A DNA stretch of 64,000 nt, from NCBI RefSeq assembly GCF_009834535.1, contig NC_045696.1, positions 88,910,001 to 88,974,000 of the forward strand, in the 5' to 3' direction. Origin of the DNA: Camelus ferus. Taxonomy: Eukaryota. Positions 26,969 through 42,379 of the stretch are shown here, piece after piece (the stretch's first letter is position 1; every line of letters begins with the position of its first letter). The position numbers and the translations under genes are program-made. Under the pieces are notes generated by a model. It saw only the letters and a program-made list of their open reading frames with translations, was not told the origin of the DNA and did not search any database.

Positions 26969-29188
26969 GTATAGAGGATAGCATGTAGAATGAGGTAATT
27001 GTAGCATTTTTTGGTTTGATCTAACACGGTTTGATTGGAAATTATGAAGAGTACAAAGTCCTAGAGTTTAGTTTAAATCTAATTTCTAACTTTGTAAGTA
27101 ACCTTGGGAAAATCGGTTAGTCTTATGGTTCTTTCATCTGTAAAACTTGAGGTACTTGACATCTGCTTCATGACTATTGTGAATATTAAAAGGTTAATAT
27201 TAGGGAGATGCCTGACAAATCTCTGAACATTTTATTTAGCTTTTCTGTTTGAGGGGTGGAAGGGGATTCAATAGAGTTCAATGGAATTGATTCTTACTCT
27301 CTGCTTTGCATTTGGCTTTTTGTTTTTTCTCCATGTGCATATATAATTTAAGCTTCATTGAACTTAAAATTAATGGGGAACATTTTTAATGTAGACATAT
27401 GTAATTGCTCTTTGAATGGCAGTTTGGGCACAGGGAATTAGTGACCCTTCTAAAGTCAGAATTTCTAAGTGTAAGAGTTGAAACTGATTCCATCACTTTC
27501 AATCTGATATTCATTCCTATCTTTCATTCTGCCATTTTGGCTTCTCCAAAATATGGTCATGCTAACTTCCTGAAAGCATTAAAGAAGGCACATGTTAGTA
27601 TCCATTTAAAATAATTTGTAGGAACTGTCAGATGATATTCAAGGTGTGGCTCCTTTCATGCAGTGTGATAGAGGATCGTCATTATTGGTTGGAGATAGTA
27701 ACCATAGAGAGAGTATGCACAATGCAACACAGGAAATGGGTACTGACCAAACTTCAAATAAAAAGTGTGTCAGAATAAAGCAAATTAAGCTTATCTAGCT
27801 TGTGTTTTAAAAGTAGAAGGGAATTTTCTTGTAGACTTTCTGATAAACTTGTATAATTTGTATAGAAATTCTGAGATTATCCAGTTTTGAATACAGCATA
27901 CGTTATGTTAGAAAAATAATTAGATCTTATAAAAATACTTTAAGAAAAATACTCTAAAAATGAAAGAATATTAAAATCCTATATAATTGGAAACATGATT
28001 GTCCACACAACATAAAATATGAAGTTAGCTTGAACTTTAAGAAAAAATAGTTGTTTGGTTGACAAGAGGTTACTAAATTGATCAGCTGATTTGTTGTTTT
28101 AGAAATAGCCTTGGTGATTTGTTAAACTGTACAAAGTGAAAGGCATTGTTAAGCTCTTAAGTCTTGTTAACTTTTAGAGACTGACCTCTCTCATCACAAA
28201 TCTTGGAACATATTTACTATACTTAAAATAACTACTGTCTAATTTTTCTATAATCAAGCATGTGACAATATGAAATATCTAATAGAGATATAGTCAGGAA
28301 TTAAATAATTGTGCTTCCTCCCAGCTTTTCTGGTTTATAAGGCAACCAATTTCAAAAGTGCTTCATTGATATTTTTCTTAAAGATAACAAGATGTCTTTG
28401 TTTTTCATAGAGACTAGTATGACAAATGTGAATATAACAAAATTGGGGAGAGCTTTAGGAATGACTTAACCTTTACAAGAATGAAACTGCTTTAGGAAAA
28501 ATGTGTAGGTAATTTTTAAACATTAATCTCTTATACCTGATAGTGATTGTGGATCCTCAAAATATTTTGAAATGTTTACTGGAGCGGCATTCATCTACTT
28601 GAGGCCTATAATAATGAAATGAGAGCTTGTCTTTTAATGATGATTTTGGTACTCACTGGTTTAGTTTTGGAACAGGGGAGAAATCTCATTGAAGGGAATT
28701 AACATTTTGAGCATCTACTGTGTATGCTTTTAATTGTATTCTCATTTCTCTTAATATTATAAGTAGGATTTTATAGAAGAAAAAACCTAGAGTTAAGGTA
28801 GCGTAACATTCAAGGAATGGTTTTAACTCAGGTGTGTTGAAGTCTATACTATGTGTACTATACTATATTACCTCCCTTTAACTTCTCTTAGCCTTAATAC
28901 AGATCTCTAAGTTGATTAAAAAGTTATATATGAAAGCACCTAGCATAGCCCATGGGGTATAATACATATTCAGTAAGTGTTTCCATTCTTTACCAGAGGT
29001 ATTTTTGGAAATTGTTTATCATTTGTGGACTTTAAACTAGAAAGCACAATCCATTTAGTTATGCTTTCCATTTAGGTTTTGTAAAACACAGAGATGAGGG
29101 AAATAACCTACAGATAAAATGAGACCAGTCCTTATATTGACACCTATAAAATAAGGACAATACATACATGCTTGTAATGGCCTTAGTT

Positions 29189-30613
29189 CAGCAGTTTTCA
29201 GAGCTTTGGGGCTCAAGACCCATTTATGTGGTTAAACATAAGGACCCTCAAAAGGCTTTATTTGGTAGTTTCTATCAGTATCAATTTTACCATTTTAGTA
29301 ATTAAGAATTAAAAATATTAACTCATAAAAATAACAATAATAAAGCTGTTTTATATAAATAATTTCCAACGAAAAATACCTTATTTTCCAAAACCCAAAA
29401 AATTTGTTGAGAAGAATGGTCATGTTTAACTTTTTTTTTCAGGCCTCTTTAATGTTTGACTCAAGAAAGCTGAATTCTCATACATGTGTCTGAATTCAGC
29501 TTTTGTAATATGCTGTTTTGGTTGAAGTGTATGAAGAATATCCAACGTCACACAGTAGGTAGTTGAAAAAAGGAAGGAATGTTTAATAATAGCCTTTTCA
29601 GACAATTACAGAAGTTACTCTTTGATACACCATATCACACCATAAATGCCAAACTCCACAAATAGTAATATCTTAAAAGATAGTTGCAATGTGGAATTTG
29701 AAGCCACATTAGTAAACTTTTCTTACTCTGTTATGTTAAGATCCATTGGTTTGTCCTTCACTTGGAATATATCTTTTAACCAAGTCTGATTTTTGTATGT
29801 TGGTCATTTGGAAAGTATTAGTTCTCTGAGTTACGTAGATCTTCTAAATGCTGACACTTTTTTTTTTTTATACAGTGAAAATTCACAATTATTAGTGTCA
29901 CCACATAGTTCATTAGAAGAATCTTAAATGTTGGGAATTTGTCAAACTTGCATTGGTAAATATAAGTTTTCCAAAATTCTTATTTTTACTGGAAAGCTCG
30001 AATTTTGTCATTAGCAACAAATACTGTAAGTTGTTTTCCTGGAAGCATAAGCTCACTTTGCTCATTTTTCTGAAAACATCTGCCAGACACTGTCTGAATA
30101 GCCATAATTTGTCTGTCAGTTCTTTCAAGTAAAAATGATGTTCCATGAAAAAAGTGGCTAGTTCAATTAGCAACTCAAACAGTCGCACAAATACTTTTTC
30201 CTGAGACAGTCATCCTACTGCAGAAGTGGGTATGCTATAGGAGTGTTTATGTGTAATCCCCATTTTATCACAAATTTTTAGAAAGAAAAGGCCAGTTTTT
30301 ATTAAAAGTAATATATATATATATATTTTTTTTTTTTTCACTATTTCATAAAGAACATTCTCAAGTGAGCAGGCTTTTTTTTTTCCCCATCTGAAATACA
30401 GTGTTTACTAATACTGCTTGGTGACATTTCCTTTTGCCTTAATTCATACTAAATAAAACACCTGCAGTTTTACACACTGCATGCAGTGCAAAAGTTAACA
30501 TAATAAAAAAGTATTAGTAGAAGTATTAAGAAAATAGTTTTAATCTTGTGGACCCTCTGAAAAGGTTTCAATGTCCCCACAGGTACCCACTGACCACACT
30601 TTGCGAAGCACTG
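29189..30613 (-). mobile_element. Charlie1a-like hAT DNA transposon with a transposase relic
   Basis: Termini cagcagttttcaga / ttgcgaagcactg; ORF 29913..30188(-) FFMEHHFYLKELTDKLWLFR resembles Charlie1 transposase. Confidence 0.8.
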
Positions 30614-31726
30614 TTTTTGTTTATTATGTTGTTTCTGTTATAGGTAGTTGTCACTTTTAATTAATAGAAGGCTCTTAAAAGGGTTTGTAGTATCATGGTT
30701 AAGTAACATGGACTATGTGGAGTCAGGTTTGAATTTGAACCCTAGTTCCTCTATCTAATCCCTCTCTAAACTATTAAAATGCTTAATAGTGCCTGGCATA
30801 TAGTACATGTAGAGTGAATGGTGGATCTTTTTATTTCTACCAGCTTGCTACATCATACATAACATCCAAATAACCCCTGTGTTCCTTGTCAAAATAACAT
30901 GTGTTTGCAGTTCCTTTTGTACCACTGTGTACCATAATTCAAATCACATCACATGAATTGGAAAAGGCTTCTTTTTCTCTTCGTTACCACTCAAGTGAAA
31001 GCCTACTTTCTCCAAAATAGTTCAAGCAAAATGTTGCAGAATTACTCGTTTCTGACTTCATTTCTTTAGTCCTGTGTTATAAGTAGGTTTAGTAAATACT
31101 TACGTAGATTTTGTACCTGTTTTCCCATAAGACTGTAAATTTAACCAGAAAATAGGTCTAAATCGTGCTATTTTGTACCCATAATGGAAAATGGTTTAAG
31201 GTCATAGATATTTGCTGATAGTACAAGATTAGCTTGATTATTTAAAATGGTAAACTATTTTCTTTTACTGTTTATTTACTATTAGGACAAAGTTTAATTA
31301 GCTATCACTTTTACCCTAAATTTAATTTACATTCAGCTTAATGTAAATTACATTTTCAATGACGGTGTGTTTTGGCAAACCTGAAATTTCATTAAAGTTT
31401 TCTTTACAAAGGTCGGACTTCTGAGATAATGTGATGTTTCATAATTTGGTGATAGACATTTTTAATATTACAAAACAAATCATGTTCTATTTCAGTTTAC
31501 TCCTTTTTTAAATTTTTTTGTCAGTTTCCCTGTATGCTTATCTTTTTTTAAAATTGAAGAATAGTCAGTTTACAATGTTGTATTAGTTCTGGTGTACAGC
31601 ATATATATATATGTTTTCATATTCTTTTTCATTATAGGCTATTACAAGATATTGAATATAGTTCCCTGTGCTATACAGTAAGTTTCCTAGTCTTTGAATA
31701 AAAGCTTTAGTTGTCCAGTATCTACT

Positions 31727-31866
31727 CTTTTTTTTTTAATTTATTTTATTAAATTTTGGGGGGAGGTAATTAGATTTATTCATCTATTTAATGGAGGTAC
31801 TGGGGCTTGAACCCAGGACCTCATGCATGCTAGGCATGCCCTATACCACTGAGCTATACCCTCCCC
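31727..31866 (-). mobile_element. tRNA-Ala-derived SINE (Vic-1-like)
   Basis: Perfect TSD ccagtatctact at 31715-31726 and 31867-31878. Confidence 0.92.
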
Positions 31867-32731
31867 CCAGTATCTACTGTTAAGACTTGTTTTAGTTTTA
31901 TGGAATGTCTTTGTAGTTATTTAAAGTGTTACATAAACTTAGTTACAGTAATTGTATCCTGAAAGCCCTACAGCTAGTCTCTACCTGGTTGTATTAAATA
32001 ACTATCGTATTTGCTACCCATCCTACCTATTGCCATCCTCTTTAGCTACTTTCAGTTATTGCAGGTACAGGGAAAAAAGCAAAATAATGTCTTAAGATTT
32101 TCAAATAATTGTTACATTATTCTTGGTACTTTAGTATGTATGAAACCCAGTAGTTTCTGGCTCTCCTTAGAATAGTGGCTTTAAATGTCATAAATGCTTT
32201 TCCCATAATGTTAATATTAAAAGTTAGGTCTGATAGCTTTCGGCCAAAAGAGTTGATTTTTTAAATATTATGAGATTGTGTTTTAGGAAACAAAAACTCA
32301 AATTAGTCTAAGCATTATGAGAGAATCTGGCTTTCATAACCCAGTAAGTTCAGAGCCATACCTCGTGTAATAGAGTTCTAGTGAAAGTTTGGGGAGAATT
32401 CTGATTGATCAAGATTTGATTGCATGCTTAAACCTTAATCACTGTGGGCAGAGGAATATGGTTCTGTGATAGGCCAGCACAAGGTCATGTGCCATGTGTC
32501 CAGTTGTGTGTGTGTTTGATGGGGAAGGGTGTTGATACCTCCATTTAAACCACAGGTTTGCAAAAAAATAAGTGAGTTACCTGTTAAAGTAAGAAAAAAA
32601 AGAAAAGAAAAAGCCTATTGAAGACAATTATAAAGCACTACCATCTAATACAGATGTAGAATGTTTTCTTATTTTGCCTTTGATTATTATGTGGAGATGT
32701 TCACAAGTATATTTACAGATTGAGTTCATTG

Positions 32732-34430
32732 GGGTTTTTGTTGTTTTTAATTTATTGTTTTAACTGAAACATAGTTTACAATATTGTGTTAATTTCTGGT
32801 GTACAGCATAGTGATTCAATTGTATGTATATACATTCCTTTTCATATTCTTTTGCACTATAAGTTATTAAAAGGTATTGAATATAGCTCCCTGTGCTATA
32901 CAATAGGACTTTGTTGTTTATTTTATATATAGTAGTTAGTACCTGCAAATCTTTAACTCCCTATGTATCCCTTTCCCCTCTGGTAACCACAAGTTTGTTT
33001 TCTATGTCTGTGAGTCTGTTTCTGTTTTATAGGTCACTTCATTTGTATAATTTTTTTAGATTCCACATATAATATGGTATTTTTCTTTCTCTTTCTGGCT
33101 TACTTCACTTAGTATGACAGTCTCCAGGTCCATTCATGATGCTGCAGATGGCATTATTTTATTCTTTTTTATGGCTGAAGAGTATTCCATTGTATGTCTA
33201 TATATACACACACATACATATACACACACACAACTACAGCTTCTTTATTGAATAGTCTGTCAGTGGGTATTTAGTTAGCTTCCATGTCTTGGCTATTGTA
33301 AATAGTGTGCTGTGAACATTGAGGTGCATGTATCTTTTCAAATTAGAGTTTCCTTCGGATATATACCCAGGAGTGGGATTGCTGGATCATATGATAAGTC
33401 TATTTATACTTTTTGAGGATCTCCATACTGCTTTTCATAGTGGCTGTACCAAACTACATTTCCACCAGCAGTGTAGGAAGTTTCCCTTTTCTCCACACTC
33501 TGTCCAGCATTTATCATTTGTGGACTTTTTAATGATGGCCATTCTGACTGGTGTGGGTGATACCTCATTGTAGTTTTGATTTACATTTCTCTGATGATTA
33601 CCGACATTGAGCATTTTTTTCATGTGCCTATTGGCCGTTTGTATGTCTTCATTGGAGACATGTCTGTTTAGGTCTTTTGCCCATTTTTTAAAATTGATTT
33701 GTTTGTTACTGAGTTGTGTGAATTGTTTGTATTTTCTGGAAATTAAGCCCTTGTCAGTAGCATCATTTGCAAACATTTTCTCCCATTCTGTAGGTTGTCT
33801 TTTTGTTTTGTTTATAGTTTTCTTTGTTGTGCAAAAGATTATAAGTTTGAGTAGGTCCCATTTGTTTATTTTTGCTTTTATTTCTATTGCCTTGGTAGAC
33901 TGCCCTAGGAGGACATTGCTACAGTTTGTATCATAATATATTTTGCCTGTATAATCTCTTCTAGGTATATGGTGTCTTGTCTTATGTTTAAGTCTGTAAC
34001 CCATTTTGAGTTTATTTTTGTATAGTGTGTGAGGGTGTGTTCTAACTTCATTGATTGACATGTGGCTGTCTAGCTTTCCCAACACTACTTGCTAAAGAGA
34101 CTGTCTTTTCTCTGTTGTATATTCTTGCCTAATTTGTTGAAGATGAATTGACCGTAGGTGTGTGGGTTTATACCTGGGCTCTCTGTTCTGTTGCATTGAT
34201 CCATAATATGTCTTTTTTTGTGTCAGTACCATGCTGTCTTGATTATTGTAGCTTTGTAGTATTGTCTGAAGTCTGGGTAGAGGGTGGTTATTCCTCCAGC
34301 TTTGTTCTCTTTCTTCACTATTGCTTTGGCAGTTCTGGGTCTTTTGTGATTCCATATAAATTTCAGGATTATTAGTTCTAGTTCTGTGAAAAATGTCCTG
34401 GATAATTTGATAGGGATTGCATTAAATCTG
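32732..34430 (-). mobile_element. 5'-truncated L1 (end of ORF2 plus 3'UTR)
   Basis: Minus-strand ORFs RFNAIPIKL...[12 protein letters not shown] and KAKINKWDLLKL...KWAKDLNRH; TSD tgagttc(a/t)ttg at 32721 and 34431. Confidence 0.95.
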
Positions 34431-34559
34431 TGAGTTCTTTGTTGATCAGCCGTTTTCTCAAACATCTTATATCAGCATGTTCACATTTTTTTCTCTTAAT
34501 AACTTGAATAATTTTTCCCAATTCCCTTTTGTTCTCCAGCTTTAAAACAGTAACAGTAT

Positions 34560-35385
34560 TATTTTTAAATGGTGAAAAAACTTAGGGCCAATAAACAAAT
34601 AAAAAATATGATCAGTATCATTAGTTACTAGGTTCAAAACCATGATGAGATACCACTTCATACCTACCAGCATGACTATAACCAAAAAGATGGATAATAA
34701 CAAGTGTTGGTGAGGATATGGAGAAAGTGGTACCCTCATTCATGGCTGATGGGATTGTAAATGGTACAGCCACTTTGGAATGCAGTTTGGCAGTTCCTCA
34801 AAAAGTTAAACAATTAACATGTGACCCAGCAGTTCTAGACATAAACCCAAGAGAATGCTTGGGTTTGAAAACAAGCATCTGCACCAAAACTTGTACATAA
34901 ATGTTCATGGTAGCATTATCTATAATATGTAAAACATGGAAACAACCTACATGTCCATCAAGTGATAAAACAAAATGTGGTATATGCATACAATGGAGTA
35001 TTATTCCACCATAAAAAAGAATGAAGTACTGCTACATGCTGCAACTTGGATGAACCTTGAAAACATTATGCTGCCTGAAAGAAGCCAGTCACAGAAGATC
35101 ACATGTTCTGTAATTCCAATTATATGAAATGTCCAGGATAGGCAAATCCAAAGAGACAAAGTTGATTAATGGTTGCCAAGGCCTGGGACAAGGAGGAGAT
35201 GGAAAATGACTGCTTAATGGATATGGGGCTTTGTATGGTGAAGAAAATGATCTGGAGTTAGATAGTGGTGATTGATGTGAAACTCTGTAAATATACTAAA
35301 AACTACTGAATTGTACACTTTACATGGGTGAAGTGTATAATATGTGAGTTATATCTAAATAAAGTTGTATGTTTAAAAAAAGAAA
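34560..35385 (+). mobile_element. L1MB-type 3' fragment
   Basis: atgagataccacttca...aacaagtgttggtgaggat...ggatgaaccttgaaaacattatgct...aataaag. Confidence 0.85.
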
Positions 35386-37344
35386 CAATGACAAAACTTA
35401 ATTGAGAAAAACAAGTAGGGATTATAGCAGCTTTCTGATACCTAAGGGTCACAGGTGAACTCTTGGCAGCTCTTTTTCCACTTCTTCATCTACCCTTCCC
35501 TGTATTGAATTCATTTGTTCAGCAAATATTTATTCAGCTTCTGTGCCTGAAGTTCAGTTGTAAGCAGTGAGTCTAGGACAATAACACACGCTGAATTCCT
35601 ATTCTCATGGTTTTAAATTCTAACAGGTCAGGATTTCTCAGATCCTGCTGTAGACTGACCCTGTGGGGTTATTCAACCACTGTGAGCTAGTGTTGTAGTA
35701 AATCCCTTATCTTTTTTTCCTAAAGTCAACTTTATAATAAATAATACACCTCAAATTTGAAGAGAAAGGACATCCTAAATGTTTGGCATCCAGTAACTTT
35801 TCCCTGGTGATTTGTGGAAAAGCTTGATTTTTAGAATGAGAAGACTTAGGATTGTATCTCATTAGATATATGCCATTAGTAAAGTTTTACAATAATTGTT
35901 TTTTAGCCTCCATTTCTGTACAGTTAGAATCCCACTTTAGCAGATACTTGTTTTGATTAAGCTTTTAAGAATGCCGGGAATACCCTTATTCAGCCTATGT
36001 CAGGTAAGGGTGGGGTGCTAGAAAATTAAAGAACAAATTCTCACATTATCCAGAATACTTCAGGTAGGAGTGTCTTGATGGTAGGAATTCATGAAACTTT
36101 GCTCTACTGCTCTGCCAGCCACTAGTTCTACTAAATTTTATTTTTCCTAGATAATGACTCTTTTAGTCTTTATGTAATTTTTGTGTTAAATTACTGAGAG
36201 AATCTGCTTGATCTGATAAGCTCTGCACAAACTGAGGCAGATTATGGATTGGCTTTTCCCCTTCACCCTAACCACCCCAAGCTGAGGTATGAGGAAGAGA
36301 GGGTGTCACCTGTTAAGGAATATCCTTTACCTGCTCCTGCAAAAATATCCCTAGAAAGAGAAGTTTGATTAGATAAGCTTTTAAGTATGGCATTATTTAG
36401 TTAATGTCACTTCATTCTTAATTTTCTTCTCACTATTAAAATCTGGAGCAAATCATTATCTCATCTCCACAGTGGCTGCCTTATTTCTCTAATTCATAAA
36501 ATAACCAGCATGGTTCTTTTAAAAAATAATGTAAATCAAATCATGTTCCTCCTCTGCTTCCGTTGCATCCCACCACATTTAGCTTTCAAACCCCTTTCTG
36601 AGACCTTCAAGGCCTTGTCATATCTGGTCTCTGTCTACTTCTCCTACCTCTCTCACTTTATTGTCTCCCTTTACTATACTCTCATTCATCTTTTAATTTC
36701 TCTAACTCTTACACATGCTTTTTCTTCTTCAGGCCCTTCACACTTGCTCTGTCAGAATGCCCTCCCCACTTCCTTTACTTTCCATCCCTTTTCCTTCACC
36801 TGCCTAGTTATTTCTCATCTTTTGACTCTTCAATATCATTTAGTTAGTGAGGCCATCCCTGAACAAGCTAACTGAAAGTTAAATTCCTCTGTTGTTTTCC
36901 TTAAGAACATTTATGATAATTTTTTAGTGTATTAACTCAATGTTAATTTCTCCCATCACACTATATGCTCCCTGAGAGTATGGACCTTGTCTATTTTGTA
37001 CACCACTCTATTCTTCTCATCACAGAGCCTGGGATATGAGTAGCACTGAAGTAAATACTTGAGGGAATCAGATGAAACTTTAAAAAACAAAAAAAGGCAT
37101 GTACTTTGATGATTAGAATTAGTGACAAAATCAGATTTTTTTAAATCAAGTTAATTTTTTTCTCTTGAAATGGTAATGGCATGGTAATTGTGGAAATTTT
37201 TTAGAAAAATGGAAAAATAAAATATTCCTCCATAACCTTACTGCTGTTAATCTTTTGGAATATTTCTTTTTTCTTACATACATTTTTCAAATATATTTGG
37301 ACTTAATTTGGGTTCCCATGAGAATAACTCATAGTAAAACACAA

Positions 37345-37564
37345 CAGCGTTTCTCAACCTTGGCACTGTTGACATCTTGGACCAGATAATTCTTTGTTGT
37401 GGGAAACTTCCCTGTGCATTGGAGGATGTTTAGCAACATCCCTTGCCTCTGCCCATTAGATGTCAGTAGCACGCTCCACCTCCAAGTTGTAACAACCAAA
37501 ATTGTCTCCACAAATTGCCAAATGTCCCTTGAGTGGCAAAATCACCCCAGATGAGAACCATTGG
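37345..37564 (-). mobile_element. MER20, near full length
   Basis: cagcgtttctcaacc...ggcaaaatcacccc...gagaaccattg. Confidence 0.88.
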
Positions 37565-38129
37565 GATGCAGTTGGTAGACTTCTCAGAATGCCATGGCTG
37601 TTTTCACTTTTCAGCTCAGAAACCTTCAAAGGATTCTTGTCTCTAAGAGTCAGTGAAAATTTCTTAATAAGCTAGATATTTTCAGGCTGTTGGTTCAGTT
37701 CTGAAGATATTTGAGTGTTGCATAAACGCTAGTGAAAAAGTGAACACTAAAGTATCTGACCAGATTCTTACCTTTTTAGTTTATATCTCCTCCATCCATA
37801 TGACTTCATCTCAGACTTTCCTCCCACTTCAGGAAGGTAAACCCACCTTACATTTAACAATCAGTTCTGCCTTTCTGTTTTTGCTTTTATTGGGTCTCTC
37901 CTGGAAAAACCTTACAGTCTTCCCTTACCTTACTCTTTCTTATTTACATTTCCAGGTTGAACTTAAGCTTCCATGCTTCAGTTAAGTTTTCCCTATTCAC
38001 CAATTCATACTGATCATTCCTTTATTGAACTCTTATTAGAGTGAGTAGTTATTTATGTACCCATATTTTGGTGTTTCCTCATATAAGATAATGTTTTTAC
38101 TTGTCATGTGTTTATAGAGAAAAGAGTAT

Positions 38130-40960
38130 TGCAAAAGGATGTATATGAGTCATACACCCACAAATCAGATAACATAGATGAGATTCATAAATTCTTAGAA
38201 ACTCACAACCTATAAGACTGAATCATGAAGAAATAGAAAATGTGAACAGATCAGATCTGCAGCTAATGTGGAGACTGAATCAGTAATCAAAAATCTCCCA
38301 ACAAAGAAAAGCCCAGGACTAGATGGCTTCACTGGTGAATTCTACCAAACATTTAAAGAAGAATTAATACCAGTCCCCCTCAGACTCTTCCCAAAAACTG
38401 CAGATAAGGGAATACTTCCAAGCTTATTATATGAGGCCAGCATTATTGTGGTACAAAAACTAGACAAAGACACTACGAGAAAACTGCAGACCAATATCCC
38501 TGAAAATGTTGCCGAAATCCTCAATAAAATACTAACAAACTGTATTCAACAGCATAGGAAAATAATTATACAGCATAACCAAATGGGATTTATTCCTAGA
38601 ATGCGAGAACAGTTCAATATATGAAACTCAATCAGTGTAATAAACCACATTAACAGAATGAAAGACAAAAACCACATGATCTTAATTGTTGCAGAAAAAG
38701 CACTTGATAAAATTTAATACCCTTTCATGATTAAAAAAAAAAATTCAACAAACTAAGAATAGAAGGAAACTACTTTAACGTAATAAAGACCAAAAATAAG
38801 GCTTTAGCAGACAACATACTCAATGGTGAAAGACTGAAAACTTTTCCAGTAAGATCAGGAAAAAGACAAGAGCACCCACATTTACCAGGTCTGTTCACCA
38901 TAGTACTGAAAGTCCTAGCCATAGTCCTGAAATTAGGCAAGGAGACCTTTTGTTTAAAGGTATCCAAGTTGGAAAGGAAGAAGTAAAATTATGTTTGCAG
39001 ATCACATGATCTTATATGTAGAAAACCCTAAAGATGCCCACAGAAAAGAAGCTGTGATAAGTAGTAAATGGTTCAGCAAAGTTGGAGGATATAAAATCAA
39101 CATACACTAACAAGGAACAACCTGAAGTGGAGCCTGAAAAGGAAATTGAGAGACATACTTGTTTACAATAGCATCAAAAGGTATAAAATACTTAGGAATA
39201 AAACTAACTAAAGAGGAGAAAGACTTTTACACTGAAAACTGTAAAACATCGCTGAAATAAAGAGAACACAACATAACTGCAAACACATACTGTATTCATG
39301 TATTGAAAGACTATTGTTACACGTCAGTACTAACTAAAGCAATCTATAGATTTAACGCAATCTCTATCAGAATCCCAATCACATTATTTGTAGAAATAGA
39401 AAAATCTATCCTAAAATTTATATGGAATCTCAAAGGACCCTAAATAGCCAAAAGCAATCTTGAAAAAGAAGATAAAGTTGGAGATCTCATACTTCCTGAT
39501 TTTAAAACTTACCAAAAAACTACAGTAATCAAAACTCTGATATTCTCATAAAGTCAGACATATAGACCAATGGAATAGTATAGGGAGTCCAGAAATAAGC
39601 CCTTGTATATATGGGCACATGATTTTTGATAAGGGTGCCAAGACCATTCATTGGGAAAAGGACAGTGTTTTCAACAAATGGTGCTGGGAAAATTTGATAT
39701 CCACAAGCAAAAGAATAAAGTTGAACCCTTACCTAACACCATATGTAAAAATTAACTCAAATGGATCAAAGGCCTAAATGTAAGACCTAAACCAATAAAA
39801 CTCTTAAAAGAAAACATTACAAAAGCTTCATGATACAGATTTAGCAGTGATTTCTTGAATATGACCTCAAAAGCATAGGTAACAAAATAAAAAATAGATA
39901 GATGGGACTGTATAAAACTTTAAGACTTCTATACATCAAAGGACCCAGTAAACATAGTGAAAAGGCATCTGACAGAATGGGAGAAAATACTTGCACATCT
40001 AATACATGGTTAATATCCAGGATATATAAAGGACTCTACAACTCAACAACACAAAAATTATTTTATTATTTTAAAATGGGCAAAGGATTTGAATAAGTAT
40101 TTTTCCAAAGAAGATATGCAAATGGCCAACAAGCATTTGAAAAGATGCTCAACATCACTAGTTATTAAGGAAATGCAAATCAAAACCACAATGGGATACT
40201 ACCTCATATCCATGAAGATGACTACTAAAAAAGACAAAACCCCCCCCAAAAAAAAACTCAAATAATAAACATTTATGAAGATATGGAAAATTGGTACCCT
40301 GATACATTGTTGGTGAGAATGCAAAATGGTGCTTCCGCTATGGAAAATGATATGGTGATTCCTCAAAAAATTAAAAATAGAATTACTATATAATTCAGCA
40401 GTTCCACTCCTGGGTATATACCCAAAAGAATTGAAAGAGACTTGAAAGATATTTGTACACATCATATTCATAATAGTATCATTTACAGTAGTCAAAAGAT
40501 GGAAGCAAACCAAGTAGCCCTCAATGGAGGAATAAAATGTGGTATGTGTATACAATGGGATATTATTCATACTTAAGAAAGGAAGTTCTGGCACATATTA
40601 CAATGTGGATGAATATTCAGGCCATTATGCTTAGTTACAAACAGCAAATATTGTATGAGTCCACATATTAGGTACTTAGAATAGTGAAATTCATAGAAAC
40701 AGAGAGTAGCTTGATGGTTGCCAGGGGAATAAGGAAATAGGGAGTTGTTAATGGGTATAGGGTTTCAGTTTGTTGAGATGAAAAGAGTTCTGTACATTGA
40801 ATGCACGACAGTGTGAATGTACTTAGCACTACTGAACTCTGCACTTAAAAGTGATTAAGATGGTATAATTTAACATTATTTTTCTAATAAAAGTTGTTAA
40901 TTGAAAAATGATTAAGGTAGTAGATTTTATGTGTATTTATCACCATTTAAAAGAAAGGAA
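38130..40960 (+). mobile_element. L1MA/L1MB fragment, ORF2 RT region to 3' end, degenerate
   Basis: ORF 38268..38624 LPTKKSPGLDGFTGEFYQTFKEELIP is classic L1 ORF2; many stops and frameshifts follow. Confidence 0.95.
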
Positions 40961-41786
40961 AAAAACACTTGAGAACCAGTATTGGTGAGGACTCAGACCA
41001 GTGGGAGCTCATTTGCTGCTGGTGATAATACAGATTGGTGCAGCTTCATTGAAAGACAGTTTGGCAGGGTTTCTTATGACACTGAACATATTCATACCAT
41101 ACAATTCATTCATTACACTTTGATATTTATGCAAAAGAAGGTAAATAAACTAGTACATTCAAGATAATGGAATATTATTCAGCATCAAGAAGAAATGTTC
41201 TGTCAAGCTATGAAAAGGAATGGAAGAAACTTAAATATATACTTTTAAGTGAAAGACACCAATCTAAAAAGGCTACATTTGTCAAAACCTGTAGAATTAC
41301 CCTACTGTAAACTATGGACTTTAGGTGATAATGATGTGTCATAAGTTTGTCATCTGTCACAGTGGTACCACTCTAGTACAGGATGTTATAGTGGAGGAGG
41401 GGCAGGGAACATGTGGGAACTCTGTACTTTCTGTTCAGTTTTTCTGTGGACTTAAAAGTGCTATAAAGTTTATTTTAAAAAAAGATACATATAGCATAAT
41501 ATTATGTTAAAATGTTAAATATATAAAACTATTACAGGTGTGTTGATATATAGTCAAAACACCCACGAGAATTGTTTGAGAAAAGTAGTTGCTTCTGGAG
41601 AGGCAGAAGGGGAAGGGAGGAAGAGGGTTGAGATTGGAGGAGTGAGATTTTAGCAGTATCTATAACACTTTGAAATTTTTGTTTCTTTAAAAAATAAAAC
41701 ATATGTGACAAAATAGTGACACTTACCAATACATGAGTGTATTAGGATTTTCTGTACTTTGTATATTTGACATTTTGTGGTTGAAG

Positions 41787-41934
41787 TTTTTTTTTTAAAT
41801 TTTTTATTTTGGGGGGGGGTCATTAGATCTATTTATTTATTATTCATTTTTTAAAATTGAGGTACTGGAGATTGAACCCAGGAGTTAGTGCATGCTAAGC
41901 ATGTGCTCTATCACTTGAGCTATAACCCTCCCCC
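41787..41934 (-). mobile_element. tRNA-Ala-derived SINE (Vic-1-like)
   Basis: gaggtactggagattgaacccagg...gcatgctaagcatgtgctcta...gagctata. Confidence 0.88.
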
Positions 41935-42379
41935 TGTCTTTTTTTTTTTTTTTTTCATTCTTTTAGAAGTGGTTAATATATATGTTAAAACGTAGTCTCC
42001 TTCATTGACTGCATTGATAGAAGAGGAACCCTTATGGCCAGTTTACACAAATTTAGTCAGTCTTGTCCCAGAAATCCTATGTCCTAGTCAGAAATGGGAC
42101 TGCCTGCAGAGTGGCTTAGGAGAACAAGGAAGGGCTAAAGACTGGGCTTTGTTTTCATTCAGAGAAATCTGTGTTTTGTAGATACCAGAGTTCACCTTTA
42201 GTTCTGTGACTTAATTCAGATACAGTACTATAGTACAGTCAGTGAGATGTGGGTTAGCAACTCTGGATCTTGAATAGTATTTTTCATCGTGTAAATGTCC
42301 AGGAATGGGAATAAATGGTAACAGACACAGACCAGAATTCACAGGGGGGAAAATACTGTTTCTATGATGATGGGCCATA

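Noticed and set aside
29913..30188. Transposase-like 91-aa ORF
   Set aside because: It is a frameshifted relic inside a non-autonomous Charlie1a-like element.
33435..40594. L1-derived ORFs as active or domesticated genes
   Set aside because: They are 5'-truncated and broken by stops and frameshifts.
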